A program made the position numbers and the translations under genes. From Kiritimatiellia bacterium (lineage in GTDB: Bacteria; Verrucomicrobiota; Kiritimatiellia; CAIQIC01; Lenti-01): a stretch of 64,000 bases of DNA. The notes beneath the pieces are model-generated. The model was given only the letters and a program-made list of their open reading frames with translations. It made no database searches and had not been told where the DNA came from. Where the stretch lies: assembly GCA_028681135.1 (NCBI GenBank), contig JAQUJC010000002.1:21892-85891 (forward strand), in the 5' to 3' direction. Of this stretch, positions 44,003 to 54,265 are shown piece after piece (positions within the stretch are counted from its first letter, which is position 1; every line of letters starts with the position of its first letter).

Positions 44003-45204
44003 GTGTCACCTTTGGCGGCATCCATCGCGGCTTTGCGTTCGTAAAATTCCGCCGCTTGTTTGCGAATAGCAACCAGGCGCGGATGGTTGGATTCTTTGAC
44101 CGCGGCGCCAAAGGCTGCCAGCAGGTCGCCCGCATTTCGAGACAGACCGGTGGGAACCTCAATCGTGATCGCCACGTGGTGATCGCCAGTGGTGCGGCCA
44201 CGGACATCCGTCAGTCCCAGTCCCCGCAATGTGAATACCCGACCCGCTTGCGTCCCGGCGGGAATTTTAAGCGGGACGTCACCCCTCAGGGTGGGCACCT
44301 GGATGTCGCCCCCGAGCGCGGCAATATGAAATGGGATAGGGATTTCGCAATGGGTATCCTGACCTTGACGGGCAAACAGCGGGTGGGGCCGAACATGCAG
44401 GACGACAAATAAATCCCCCGGCGGTCCGCCGCGGGCGCCCCCCTCGCCTTTACCGGCCAGGCGCATTCGCGAGCCGGTATCGACTCCGGCGGGAATGGTC
44501 AGGCTGATTGTTTGCGCGGCTTTGATCCGGCCCTCGCCATGACACGCGCGGCAGGGATGACGAATAAATTCGCCTGTGCCGCCGCACTGTCCACAGGGTT
44601 GGCGAAATTGCATTGGGCCCATGGCGTGAACCACCATGCCGCTTCCGCCACATTTGGGGCATGTCTCGCGTTGGCTGTTGGCATCGGCACCGGTGCCCTT
44701 ACAGGCCGCGCAATCTTCCACGATGTTGAGGCTCAGTTCACGCTTGGAGCCAAACGCGGCCTCTTCAAAATCGATTTCCAGATCATAACGCAAGTCAGCC
44801 CCTCGGGCACGCCCACTGCGGTCGCGGGGCCTGCCGCCCATGCTGCCAAAGAGGCCTTCAAAGAAACTGCTGCCGCCCCCCCCGCCGCCGCCACCAAAGG
44901 CAGAGGCAAAGGCACGCAGGGCCTCTTCGAGATCGATGGAGCCCATTCCCCCGAAGCCGGCGCGACCATTGCCACGCTCAAAGGCATCCCAGCCAAACTG
45001 ATCATAGCGCTGGCGCAGATCGGGGTTGGAGAGAATTTCATAGCATTCCGTAGCCTGCTTGAACTTGTTCTCGGCCTCCGTGTTGCCCGGATTACGGTCC
45101 GGGTGATACTTCATCGCCAGTTTGCGATAGGCCTTTTTAATCTGCTCTTCGGAAGCCGTGCGGGCGACGCCCAACACATCGTAACAATCACGTTTTTTGC
45201 TCAT
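43999..45204 (-). CDS. dnaJ: molecular chaperone DnaJ
   Basis: [27 protein letters not shown]-domain, G/F region, four CxxCxGxG zinc repeats. Confidence 0.95.
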   Translation of the reverse strand: MSKKRDCYDVLGVARTASEEQIKKAYRKLAMKYHPDRNPGNTEAENKFKQATECYEILSNPDLRQRYDQFGWDAFERGNGRAGFGGMGSIDLEEALRAFASAFGGGGGGGGSSFFEGLFGSMGGRPRDRSGRARGADLRYDLEIDFEEAAFGSKRELSLNIVEDCAACKGTGADANSQRETCPKCGGSGMVVHAMGPMQFRQPCGQCGGTGEFIRHPCRACHGEGRIKAAQTISLTIPAGVDTGSRMRLAGKGEGGARGGPPGDLFVVLHVRPHPLFARQGQDTHCEIPIPFHIAALGGDIQVPTLRGDVPLKIPAGTQAGRVFTLRGLGLTDVRGRTTGDHHVAITIEVPTGLSRNAGDLLAAFGAAVKESNHPRLVAIRKQAAEFYERKAAMDAAKGDT

Positions 45205-45216
45205 GAGGAAGGGGCC

Positions 45217-45807
45217 CTAGTCCGCGGCTGGGCCGGAAGAGACGATGACCTGGGCGGGCCGCAGCAGCTTCTCGCCCATTTTGTAGCCGCGCCGGGTCTG
45301 GGTCATGACGTGGTCGACTGGCACGGTGTCGGAGTGTTGCGCCGACATGGCTTCGTGCAGATTCGGATCAAAGGGCTGACCCTCGGCATCGATGGCTTGC
45401 ACACCGGCCTTTTCAATCGCCGATAGCAGTTGGGTATAGATGAGATGGAAGCCCTCGGTAAAGGTTTTTGGGGCACCATTGTTGGCGCAATCAGCCAGGC
45501 CCAGTTCAAAATGGTCCAAAACTGGCAGCAGGTCCATCACCAGCTTTTCGCTGGCAAAAGCGATCCAATCCAGCTTTTCGCGGGCCATACGCTTGCGGTA
45601 ATTTTCAAAATCAGCCTGCAAGCGCAGCATCTGGTGCGGCAGCGGCTCGGGGGGGGGGGGCGTGGCTTCAGCAGCAGTTTCCACCGTGGCTTCATCTGCA
45701 GCCTCAGCTGCGACATCGTCCGCTGGTGGAACGTGCCCGTTTTCTTCGTGCCCGTTTTCTTCCGGAGCGGGGGAGTTTTGTTTGGAATGAGAATGTTTTT
45801 TAGTCAT
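45217..45807 (-). CDS. grpE: nucleotide exchange factor GrpE
   Basis: LRLQADFENYRKR, LLPVLDHFE, and GYKMGEKLLRPAQV at the C-terminus. Confidence 0.9.
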   Translation of the reverse strand: MTKKHSHSKQNSPAPEENGHEENGHVPPADDVAAEAADEATVETAAEATPPPPEPLPHQMLRLQADFENYRKRMAREKLDWIAFASEKLVMDLLPVLDHFELGLADCANNGAPKTFTEGFHLIYTQLLSAIEKAGVQAIDAEGQPFDPNLHEAMSAQHSDTVPVDHVMTQTRRGYKMGEKLLRPAQVIVSSGPAAD

Positions 45808-45819
45808 ATCAAGAGCTGG

Positions 45820-45848
45820 ACGATACGCATGAAGTCGCGTTTCGTCAA
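45820..45848 (-). promoter_or_regulatory. candidate sigma70-type promoter for grpE-dnaJ
   Basis: Minus strand TTGACG-17 nt-TATCGT, ending 12 nt before the grpE ATG. No CIRCE element seen. Confidence 0.25.
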
Positions 45849-45973
45849 CCGCTTCGCAAGACGGAAATGATCTGTGCCTAGTGATACGAGCGGATCATCG
45901 GCGTGTCGTGTGGGTGAGGGTGATGAGCAGAGTGGCTTTCCATTCGATTAACCCTATGGTAGGCATCAAGCTC

Positions 45974-46723
45974 ATGAATACAAAACGCATGCAATGGGTT
46001 AGCGCGCGCAGACACGTTTTTCAAATCTGGTCGTGGCTGGTGGGGATGGGGCTGGTCGCAACCAGTTGTGCTCCGGCCATTGACGACACGCCGATCGATA
46101 GCGCTGCGTATAGAGGAAAGATACGTTTGGCTTGCGTTGGCGACAGCATCACCGGGTCTCCCGGCTGCTGGCCCAACCCGATTGCCAAGATGCTGGGGCC
46201 GCGCTGGGAGGTCCGGAATTTTGGTTTGGGCGGAGGCACCCTATTATCGTTTGGCGATTATCCGTACCTCAGCTTGAAATTACCGGACGTGCTGGCCTAC
46301 GCCCCTGATGTAGTGGTGGTCTTGCTGGGCACCAATGACAGCAAGCCACGGCATTGGTATTATCAGAAAGAAGTGGCGCGGGATTACCGCCAGCTTCTGG
46401 CTGCACTTAAAGGGTTGGAATCGTCCCCGCGTATTTGGATTTGTCTGCCGCCACCTGCATTTCCCGGGCAATGGGGGATTGATGACCAACGGTTAAGAGA
46501 AATGCAGCCGCTTATTCGACGCGTGGCGCGAAAAATGGGTATCCCTCTCATTGATCTGTATACCCCATTTGTGGGGCGTCCCGAGCGTTTCCCCGATCAA
46601 ATTCATCCTGATGAAAAAGCGTCGCAGGAAATAGCCCGCCACATCTACAGCGCGTTGGTTGGTAAGGCTGTCCCGCATGACTTTGCCACAGGAACAACGC
46701 CACCTGCCGATGATCAAGATTAA
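45974..46723 (+). CDS. SGNH/GDSL hydrolase (secreted esterase)
   Basis: Block I ACVGDSIT, block III LLGTNDSK, block V IHPDEKA. N-terminal hydrophobic signal or anchor. Confidence 0.75.
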   Translation: MNTKRMQWVSARRHVFQIWSWLVGMGLVATSCAPAIDDTPIDSAAYRGKIRLACVGDSITGSPGCWPNPIAKMLGPRWEVRNFGLGGGTLLSFGDYPYLSLKLPDVLAYAPDVVVVLLGTNDSKPRHWYYQKEVARDYRQLLAALKGLESSPRIWICLPPPAFPGQWGIDDQRLREMQPLIRRVARKMGIPLIDLYTPFVGRPERFPDQIHPDEKASQEIARHIYSALVGKAVPHDFATGTTPPADDQD

Positions 46724-48003
46724 GGTGGTGTAATAGGGCGGGGGGGCGGATTGGATGCCGTGGCCAGACATTGAGCAAAAAGCCGGGTGAGGCGCTTGCG
46801 GCCGATGGCATTCACATGTGTCATATCGCGCCAGACAGACACAGGCAAATCGACGTGTTGTTCTTCAATCGGGATAAAGCGGATATGGCCCAACTGCTGT
46901 TGTTGCGCCAGAAATTGTCTAACGTCGAGCGCAAGGGGGGCAAATTCCGGCGATGGATAAGTGGGGTTCACACGGCCTTCCAGCACCGTGATCTGTCGGC
47001 ATTTGGATGCCATATCGGCCAGAAAACGCGCAAAAGCCCGGTAGCAGAGGTGAACCATGGCGGGGTTGCTCCCCAAGTGCCCATAGGCGCGTTTTTGTTC
47101 GGTCAGCGTCTCCGACTGGACCGGAGCGGCCGGGATATGAGCGGGCGAAAACGGATGCTCAAGCAGAAAGCGCGCATAATCGCGTGAGCGCCATAAGTCG
47201 CATCTGGCCGCCAGGTGCAGATCCATGAAGGTGCGCCAATAGCGAAGCCGAAAGGGCCAATCTGCTGCAGCCCACAAGTGCTGAATGCCTGCCGACGTCG
47301 CTTGCGGTCGAATGGCGTCAACGTAGAGACCATCGCGGGCGCCGAAGTCAAAGGCCGATAACATCAGGGCCAGATGATTATCGGGATGAAAATTGGAAAA
47401 TTCCTGACTGGCGACCAGTTCAGCGATGAAGAGGCCCGCCACGGCCCGACGATACACGGGTTGCCCTGTTTGCCGGGCCAATTCTGGTGTGTCCACGCCA
47501 TAGACAAGTTGACTGGAGCCCAGCAGAACAATGCCGGGGGCGGGGGCATTCGCCCGACGGCAAGCGGCGGCCTCTTCGCGGAAGAGGCTAACTTCCCGTG
47601 CCTGATGCTGATTGCCAGAGCGTGCCCGTACGGCTTGCCAGAAAAGGGATTGTCCCGTGAACGAGCGTAGGGCTAATTCGATAGCGAGCACTCCTAGCAC
47701 GGCGAGCAAGGGGGCGATCGGCCATCGGCGTAGACTCCAGCCCCGTTCACGTTCCATCCGAATCCCCCCGCGCCAAATCCAGGGCAGCAGGCCCAGTGCG
47801 AAGCCCAGCCCAACTCCTTTGGCGGTAAACCACTGCATGCTGAGACCCGGCACGTCTGCACGATTCAGAAGGACGATGGGCCACACGAGCCGGCCTAGCA
47901 CGAGGCCCAAGCCGACCCCCAGCAGGGAAAGCCATAGGCTGTGGCGCCGGAGCCACTCTCTTTCCCAAGGGAGGGGGGCATATGGTTTTTCAAAAGATGA
48001 CAT
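46720..48003 (-). CDS. membrane-anchored hypothetical protein, probable MBOAT partner
   Basis: ATG at 48003 (MSSFEKPY). Four TM segments, then a soluble domain. It lies immediately downstream of the MBOAT gene. Any DltD/AlgJ-like role is inferred from position only. Confidence 0.5.
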   Translation of the reverse strand: MSSFEKPYAPLPWEREWLRRHSLWLSLLGVGLGLVLGRLVWPIVLLNRADVPGLSMQWFTAKGVGLGFALGLLPWIWRGGIRMERERGWSLRRWPIAPLLAVLGVLAIELALRSFTGQSLFWQAVRARSGNQHQAREVSLFREEAAACRRANAPAPGIVLLGSSQLVYGVDTPELARQTGQPVYRRAVAGLFIAELVASQEFSNFHPDNHLALMLSAFDFGARDGLYVDAIRPQATSAGIQHLWAAADWPFRLRYWRTFMDLHLAARCDLWRSRDYARFLLEHPFSPAHIPAAPVQSETLTEQKRAYGHLGSNPAMVHLCYRAFARFLADMASKCRQITVLEGRVNPTYPSPEFAPLALDVRQFLAQQQQLGHIRFIPIEEQHVDLPVSVWRDMTHVNAIGRKRLTRLFAQCLATASNPPPRPITPP

Positions 48004-48020
48004 AATTAGCTTTGATAGAG

Positions 48021-49424
48021 TTAAAATTGAAAATAGATGAAGGCACGGCTCCCCGTATTGGCGAACACCAGTAACATAACGCCCAGGCCAGTATACAACA
48101 GGGCACGAGGAACCACGGAAAGCCGGAGAGGGGCCAGCATGTCGCCCGTTTGTTTCTGGAGCAGTTGGATTCCTATAAGCGGCAGGCACAACACGGCCAA
48201 TTGAAAGAGCCACGCTGCGGCTCCTGGAAACCATACCGGCTTGTGGATAATGGCCGCCAACATGCCGACAACATCGTGCATGGTTTCGGCGCGAAACAGC
48301 AGCCAGCCCAAACAGACGCCATGGAACGTCGCCACCATACGCCAAATCTTGCCCCACCCGGATAGGGGTTTAGAGCGCTTCCCGCACAGCAAGCGCTGTA
48401 AGGCCAGCCAAGCACCATGAAATAGGCCCCAAAAGACGAACGTCCAAGCGGCTCCATGCCAGAGGCCTCCCAGGCCCATTGTCAGCATCAGGTTGAGATA
48501 CGTGCGCCGTGATCCCAGCCGATTGCCGCCCAGAGGAATGTAAAGATAATCGCGCAGCCACGACGACAGGCTGATATGCCATCGTCGCCAAAAGTCACTT
48601 GGGCCTAGCGCAAAATACGGATTGCGAAAGTTGACCATAATGTCGAAGCCCAATATTCGCCCCAATCCGCGGGCCATATCGCTATACGCGGAAAAATCGC
48701 AATAAATTTGAATGGCAAAGGCATACACCCCCAGCATCACCGAGCCGGCCGTCCAGTCCAGCGTTCCCGAAAACACCTGGTCTGCCAGGACGGCTACGTT
48801 GTCGCCAATCACTACTTTTTTGAAAAGCCCCCAGAAAAAAAGCCAAGCGCCAATTTGAAGACCAGACCACGACAGAGTCCTGGGGCGTGTGATTTGTCCC
48901 AGCAGGTGTGCGGCCCGTTCGATCGGCCCGGCGACCAGTTGGGTAAACAGGGATACAAACAGGGCGTAATCCCAAAAATTCCGGGCGGGTTTCAACTGCC
49001 CTCGGTAGACATCGAGGGTGTAGCTCATCGACTGAAAGGTATAAAATGAGATTCCCACGGGCAGGATCAGGCCGAGACGCAGGTGGGGAGGACTCAGCCC
49101 GATGATCTGGGCGAGTGCCTCGGCGCTTTCTACAAAAAAATCAAAATATTTAAAAAAGCCGAGGATGCCGAGATTGATCACCATGCTGACCACCAGCAGT
49201 CGGCGACGGCGGCGCGAGTCGTCGCTGGCCGCGATCCCGTGCGAAACCGCATAGTCGACAGACGTCGACAACGCAATCAGCGCCAGAAAACGCCAGTCCC
49301 AGCAGCCATAAAAGAAATAGCTGGCGACGAGGAGCAGACGGTTTTGGCCTCGGTGCGGCAGGGCCGCATAGGCCGCAAAGACCACCAGGAAAAAGAGAGC
49401 AAAGTCTAGCGAGTTGAAGAGCAT
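48021..49424 (-). CDS. MBOAT-family O-acyltransferase (AlgI/DltB-like)
   Basis: MLFNSLDFALFF start, GISFYTFQ, RRWHISLSSWLRDYLYIPLGGNR with the conserved His. Confidence 0.88.
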   Translation of the reverse strand: MLFNSLDFALFFLVVFAAYAALPHRGQNRLLLVASYFFYGCWDWRFLALIALSTSVDYAVSHGIAASDDSRRRRRLLVVSMVINLGILGFFKYFDFFVESAEALAQIIGLSPPHLRLGLILPVGISFYTFQSMSYTLDVYRGQLKPARNFWDYALFVSLFTQLVAGPIERAAHLLGQITRPRTLSWSGLQIGAWLFFWGLFKKVVIGDNVAVLADQVFSGTLDWTAGSVMLGVYAFAIQIYCDFSAYSDMARGLGRILGFDIMVNFRNPYFALGPSDFWRRWHISLSSWLRDYLYIPLGGNRLGSRRTYLNLMLTMGLGGLWHGAAWTFVFWGLFHGAWLALQRLLCGKRSKPLSGWGKIWRMVATFHGVCLGWLLFRAETMHDVVGMLAAIIHKPVWFPGAAAWLFQLAVLCLPLIGIQLLQKQTGDMLAPLRLSVVPRALLYTGLGVMLLVFANTGSRAFIYFQF

Positions 49425-50602
49425 GAGCGATGACGGACGGCCAGCTCGCCGAGGGTGCGGGTAGTGAAGATTTCCAGGGATGCGGCGGGGTCGATGGCTT
49501 CGCCGCCGGTCATAGCTGCCTGGGCATCAATGGCGGCATTGAGCCAGCGGAACCAGCGGCCGGCCGGGAAGCGTGCGGCTTGGGCGGCAAGCATGGTGGC
49601 GGCATAAGGATTGCCCTTGCGCGGGTCCTTTTCCAGAGTGCTGAGCAGCGCTTCGCCATCGGGGGGCACCGACCACGATAGCTTGCGCCAGCGGTCGCCG
49701 CCCGACAAGTGCGCCCAACCGCGCTTCAAGCAATCGGCCAGCACCAGCATATCGCGTAGCCGGTTCTGGAGATTGATGATCAAGCCCACCGCGTTTTCGC
49801 CCTGGCCGAGCAGGCGGTGCATGACCCGCAACGTATGGGCCAGATCACCCGTGCAAAAGGCATCGGCAAACTCCCAGAACTTGCCTTCCCGTATGGGTGC
49901 CACCATGAGGGTGAGGTCCTCGGCGGTGACGCGGGTGCGGTCGCCGAGGTAGAGTGACAGCTTTTCAATTTCGGTGGTCACATGGCGCAGGCTGCTGCCG
50001 GCACGGTCAAGAAAAAGGGCCAGGACCTCGCCGGACATCGTGATTCCTTTTGCCGCAAGCAGTTTCTCCACCTGCGGGATGAATTCGCGCTCAATCTCCT
50101 TGTCCTTCTCGGGTGAGTCGAACGCATGGACTTCGCCGAGTGACTGAAACGTCTTGTAGAAGCTGGTGGCTTTGTGAACGGCGCGCGTTAGGAGCACGAG
50201 TCGGACGCCTTCGGGCAGGCCGGCCTTGAGTCGGCCCACGAGACGGGTGGTCTCCTCCTTGACGCTGGAAAATTTGCCGGGGTCGACTAACGGATTAAAA
50301 AAGGGAGCATTGCGGACATAAACCGTCTTGGCACCGCCCAGAAAGGGCGGGGTTAGCAGGGCCTCGGTCACGTTGCGCAGAAAAGCGCAGACCGCATCCG
50401 CATTGAGGTCGGCGTCGGGATCGAAGGTTTCCAGTCCAAACGCTTGTTCTTCCGGCGGGCACAGGCGGTTGACGATATCATCGGCTTTACGGGTGGCGGA
50501 CAGATCGTCGGTGCCATAAACAAGAAATAGAGGGGACCCGCCCTCGGCATCCTGGGCGGAAGTTGTTTTCGTGGAGTGCTTGGAGATATTTGACGACATC
50601 AT
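49406..50602 (-). CDS. holA: DNA polymerase III delta subunit
   Basis: FLVYGTDD, LTPPFLGGAKTVYV, and a C-terminal helical domain. Longer than typical at the N-terminus. Confidence 0.65.
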   Translation of the reverse strand: MMSSNISKHSTKTTSAQDAEGGSPLFLVYGTDDLSATRKADDIVNRLCPPEEQAFGLETFDPDADLNADAVCAFLRNVTEALLTPPFLGGAKTVYVRNAPFFNPLVDPGKFSSVKEETTRLVGRLKAGLPEGVRLVLLTRAVHKATSFYKTFQSLGEVHAFDSPEKDKEIEREFIPQVEKLLAAKGITMSGEVLALFLDRAGSSLRHVTTEIEKLSLYLGDRTRVTAEDLTLMVAPIREGKFWEFADAFCTGDLAHTLRVMHRLLGQGENAVGLIINLQNRLRDMLVLADCLKRGWAHLSGGDRWRKLSWSVPPDGEALLSTLEKDPRKGNPYAATMLAAQAARFPAGRWFRWLNAAIDAQAAMTGGEAIDPAASLEIFTTRTLGELAVRHRSCSSTR

Positions 50603-50651
50603 GGGCAGGATGGAATATCCGGCAGGATATTACAATTTGTAATACGCGGGC

Positions 50652-51587
50652 TCACAGGTGCAGCGCGGCGGGGCCGTATCTGGACCAGATGCGGCGAATG
50701 TGACCGGCCAGGCGTTCGGGGGCGTCATGCGGGCCGACATCAATCCAGACGACGTCGGCTTGATGGCGGAACCACGTCATTTGGCGTTTGGAATACCGGG
50801 CAGTACGGACTGCCGTTTGCTGGATCGCCTCTTCCTCGGTGAGTTGGCCATCCAGCACCCCGGCCGCTTCCTGGTAGCCGATGGCGTGCTGTGCTGTATC
50901 GGACAGTTGTGGGTAGCGGCCTCGCAGGGCGCGAACTTCTTCGACGAGGCCATGAGCGAACATCTGGCGAGCACGGCGCTCGATGCGTGCCCGCAACTCG
51001 TCTGGCGGCAGGCGCAACCCGGCAATCCGCGGTTTGGGCCGATCCGTTGCAGTGGGGAGCGGCTGGCCGGCGGCCAGCCGCTCATAGGCTCGCACGACCC
51101 GGCGCGGGTTGTCGGGGTCGCGCAGACGCTCATATTGAGCGGGGTTCAACGCCCGGGTCGCTGCCTGCAAGGCCGCGAGTCCTTCCGTCGCCAGCAGGGC
51201 TTCGGCGGTGGCGCGGAGGGCGGGGTTGGATGGTGTGCTATCGAGACCTTCCAGCAGCGCCTTCACATAGAGGCCGGTTCCGCCCACGACGATGGGCGTG
51301 GCATTGCAGGCGGCAATGGCCGGGGCCGTCGTACGGATGGCGGCGAGGTAGTCGCCCACAGAAAAGGGCTGATCGGGATCGACGAGATCAACGCCGAAGG
51401 TGGGCACGGCATCGCGTTCCGCCGATGTCGGTTTAGCCGTGCCGATATCCATCCCGCGGTAGATCGCCATGGAGTCGGCGGAGAGAATCGGGGTGGGCGG
51501 GCGGTTGGCGCAGGCGAGATGCTGAGCCACGGCGCTTTTGCCGGAGGCAGTGGGCCCAACGAGAACATGCGCCACCCATGCGCTCAT
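50652..51587 (-). CDS. miaA: tRNA dimethylallyltransferase
   Basis: LVGPTASGKSAVA P-loop, SADSMAIYRGMDIGTAKP. ATGA overlap with lspA. Confidence 0.9.
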   Translation of the reverse strand: MSAWVAHVLVGPTASGKSAVAQHLACANRPPTPILSADSMAIYRGMDIGTAKPTSAERDAVPTFGVDLVDPDQPFSVGDYLAAIRTTAPAIAACNATPIVVGGTGLYVKALLEGLDSTPSNPALRATAEALLATEGLAALQAATRALNPAQYERLRDPDNPRRVVRAYERLAAGQPLPTATDRPKPRIAGLRLPPDELRARIERRARQMFAHGLVEEVRALRGRYPQLSDTAQHAIGYQEAAGVLDGQLTEEEAIQQTAVRTARYSKRQMTWFRHQADVVWIDVGPHDAPERLAGHIRRIWSRYGPAALHL

Positions 51588-52057
51588 GGCGCGGGGGCGG
51601 GGGGCGCAGGGGACGGGGAAGTGAACAGGGTCCCCAGCAGATAGATACCGACGCCAATACAGATGGCGGAATCGGCGATGTTGAATGCCGGCCAGTGCCA
51701 AGTGCCGATATAGAAGTCGAGATAATCGGTGACGTAGTCGAGGCGAAGGCGATCAAAAAGGTTGCCCGTGATGCCGCCGCACAGGAGGCCCAGCGCCACG
51801 CGGTGAAGCGCCCCCGGCGGTAGAATCTTACGCCGAAACAAGACCAAGGCCACCAGCATGGTCAGCGCCAACAGCGCCAGAGTGAGATTCTGACCGCTGA
51901 ACATTCCCCAGGCGGCACCGGTGTTGCGGATATACGTCAGGTTGAAAAACCCGGGGATCAGCTCGACCGATTGATGCAAGTCAAAGGCATTTCGCACCCA
52001 CTCCTTGGAGGCTTGGTCCAGCAGGAGCACATACAGGGCAACCAGCAGCGGCGTCAT
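51584..52057 (-). CDS. lspA: lipoprotein signal peptidase II
   Basis: LLDQASK, FNLTYIRNTGAAWG, GNLFDR, WPAFNIADSAI. Confidence 0.9.
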   Translation of the reverse strand: MTPLLVALYVLLLDQASKEWVRNAFDLHQSVELIPGFFNLTYIRNTGAAWGMFSGQNLTLALLALTMLVALVLFRRKILPPGALHRVALGLLCGGITGNLFDRLRLDYVTDYLDFYIGTWHWPAFNIADSAICIGVGIYLLGTLFTSPSPAPPAPAP

Positions 52058-52077
52058 GACAAAAGAGGGGCTGACCT

Positions 52078-52989
52078 TCAGGAGTCGGACATGTCCAGCG
52101 CATCGTCCGAGAACCGTGGTTTTGCCGTGTAGTGGGTCTTGAAGGGCTGCAAGCGGCTGCGCCCGCGTTCGGCGGCATTCTGGCAAGTGACGCACGTCTT
52201 GGCAAAGGGCAATGCCTTGAGGCGCGGACGCTCAATCGGCTTTTCACAGACTTGGCAGGTGCCGTATTCGCCCTCGTCGATCCGGCGAATAGCATCTTCA
52301 ATGGCGTAGACGGAGTCCTGGCGACTGGAGGCCAGGCTCAGCGCCAGTTCACGGTCGAAGTTTTCGGTACCATGATCGGCCATGTGTGTAGAGTGACTGC
52401 TGATGTCGTTGGTGGTATCGAGCGGCGAGCGCTTGAGATTATCGCCGGCCAAGGCGTTGATGTTGCCCTGGATCAGCTCTAGCTGCTTTTGAAGCATGGC
52501 CCGGAACGAGGCCAGTTCTTCTTTGCGGAAGGCGCGGCCCTTGGGGGCGTTGGCCCGAGCCTTTTTTGGGGGGGCCTTGGGGGCTTTAGCCTTTTTCACT
52601 GATGCGGTTTTGGGGGCTGCTGCTTTTTTAGGGACCGCTTTCTTTACCGCAGGTTTCTTGGCGGCGGTCTTTTTTACGGCAGACTTCTTGGCGGCAGACT
52701 TCTTAGCGGTGGTCTTTTTTACTGGAGGCTTTTTTGCGGCGGGTTTCTTCGTCGCAGGCTTCTTCGCCGCAGGCTTTTTTGCGGCAGGCTTCTTCGCCGC
52801 AGGCTTCTTCGCCACAGGCTTCTTCGCCACAGGCTTTTTTGCGGCAGGCTTTTTAACCGCGGTGTTTTTCGCCGTAGTCTTTTTTAGCTGCCCTTTCTTG
52901 GGGGATGTTTTTTTTGCCGCCGGTTTTGCTGCCTTACGGGAGGGGGAGGAGGATTTCTTCGTCGGTTGCGATGCGTTTGTTTTTGCCAT
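52078..52989 (-). CDS. DksA/TraR C4 zinc-finger protein fused to a ~170-aa histone-H1-like Lys/Ala/Pro repeat tail
   Basis: N-terminal (A/V)AKKP pentapeptide repeats. C-terminal coiled coil plus CQVCEKPI-N17-CVTCQ. Confidence 0.8.
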   Translation of the reverse strand: MAKTNASQPTKKSSSPSRKAAKPAAKKTSPKKGQLKKTTAKNTAVKKPAAKKPVAKKPVAKKPAAKKPAAKKPAAKKPATKKPAAKKPPVKKTTAKKSAAKKSAVKKTAAKKPAVKKAVPKKAAAPKTASVKKAKAPKAPPKKARANAPKGRAFRKEELASFRAMLQKQLELIQGNINALAGDNLKRSPLDTTNDISSHSTHMADHGTENFDRELALSLASSRQDSVYAIEDAIRRIDEGEYGTCQVCEKPIERPRLKALPFAKTCVTCQNAAERGRSRLQPFKTHYTAKPRFSDDALDMSDS

Positions 52990-53204
52990 GGGACACCTCT
53001 TGTGTAGCTGACCTATACGCTTGCGGATGGCCCGGCCTGCCCGGGGGTATCCGCAAGGGATGGGGTGTCTATCAGGGGGGCGCTGAAAAGTCAACTGTGG
53101 TTCGGCATCGGGGGGCCGGCATTGACCCCATTTTGGGGCAGGGGCGGCTGGGGGGGGGCATTCCGGGATTGTCGCCGCGCGGGCAAGGCCGTAGGATGGG
53201 GCGC

Positions 53205-54101
53205 ATGAAACGGTATCCAGGGGTCAGTGACAAAGTGGTGGTGGTGACCGGGGCGTCGACCGGTATTGGCCGGGCAACGGCGCGAATGCTCAAGAGCCGG
53301 GGGTGGCGGGTGTTTCCGACGGCACGCCAGCGGGCCGATCTGGATTTGTTGCGGGGCGAAGGCTTTCAGCCCGTGGAATTGGATCTGGTCGATCCGGATT
53401 CCGTAAAGCACGCCGCCGAAGAAGTGCTCGAATTGACCCAGGGCCTGATGGGAGCGGTGGTCAACAATGCAGGCTATGGCCAGCCGGGCGCGCTGGAGGA
53501 CCTCTCGCGCTCCGCCATGCGCAAGCAGTTGGAAACCAATGTGCTGGGCACCCTGGATTTCACCAGCCGCTTTATTCCCCTCTTCCGGGCGCAGGGCAAC
53601 GGGCGCATCGTGCTGGTTTCGTCGGTGCTGGGGCGGCTGGTTCTGCCCTTCATGGGGGCCTATTGCGCCAGCAAATATGCGTTGGAGGCCATCGGCGACG
53701 GGTTGCGTATGGAACTGGGGCCGGCGGGAATTTCAGTGTCGCTGGTAGAGCCGGGACCCATTACAACTGATTTTCGAAAACGGGTGATCAGCGAAACCAC
53801 ACGGGGGCTGGTGATCAAACAGTCGGCCTTCGCCCAGCACTATGCCAAGGAATTGAGCGAGCCAGAGCGTACCTATTCACGCCCGACCGATATCTTTCGC
53901 AAGCCGCCCACCGCCGTGGCCCGTAAAATTGTCCATGCGCTGGACGCCAGGTTTCCGCATGCGCGTTATCCGGTCACCGGTGCCGCCTGGCTGGGCGAAC
54001 TGGCCATTCGTTTCGTCCCGGGGCGCCTCCGCGATGCCCTGATGGTCTCGAAAATCATCGGGCGCGAGGTCGCGGATGCTCCCTCTCCGCCGACGTCATA
54101 A
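53205..54101 (+). CDS. short-chain dehydrogenase/reductase (SDR)
   Basis: VVVTGASTGIGRA, NNAG, YCASKYALE catalytic YxxxK. Confidence 0.85.
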   Translation: MKRYPGVSDKVVVVTGASTGIGRATARMLKSRGWRVFPTARQRADLDLLRGEGFQPVELDLVDPDSVKHAAEEVLELTQGLMGAVVNNAGYGQPGALEDLSRSAMRKQLETNVLGTLDFTSRFIPLFRAQGNGRIVLVSSVLGRLVLPFMGAYCASKYALEAIGDGLRMELGPAGISVSLVEPGPITTDFRKRVISETTRGLVIKQSAFAQHYAKELSEPERTYSRPTDIFRKPPTAVARKIVHALDARFPHARYPVTGAAWLGELAIRFVPGRLRDALMVSKIIGREVADAPSPPTS

Positions 54102-54142
54102 CAGCCGAACGACAACCCCCCATCCGTTTTCGTGCTTTCTAT

Positions 54143-54245
54143 TTTTCCATAGTGTGGAAAAATGGGGCTCGCTTTTTCCATGGTGTGGAAAAAAGACACA
54201 CCATTTTTCCATAGCGTGGAAACTTTTTTTCCACAGTGTGGAAAC
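54143..54245. repeat. family-A array 3: four copies of TTTTCCAYRGYGTGGAAA
   Basis: TTCCA starts at 54145, 54176, 54207 and 54229, giving spacings of 31, 31 and 22 bp. The array ends 21 nt before the pheS ATG. Confidence 0.95.
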
Positions 54246-54265
54246 TTTGGCAGGTAAGGAGATTC

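Noticed and set aside
45808-45973. Search for a CIRCE (HrcA) operator or sigma32 promoter upstream of grpE-dnaJ.
   Set aside because: No TTAGCACTC-N9-GAGTGCTAA-like inverted repeat is present. Only a weak sigma70-like TTGACG/TATCGT pair was found.
52496-53011. 171-aa ORF with FFAAGFF repeats.
   Set aside because: It is the antisense translation of the AKKP repeat region of the DksA-like gene.
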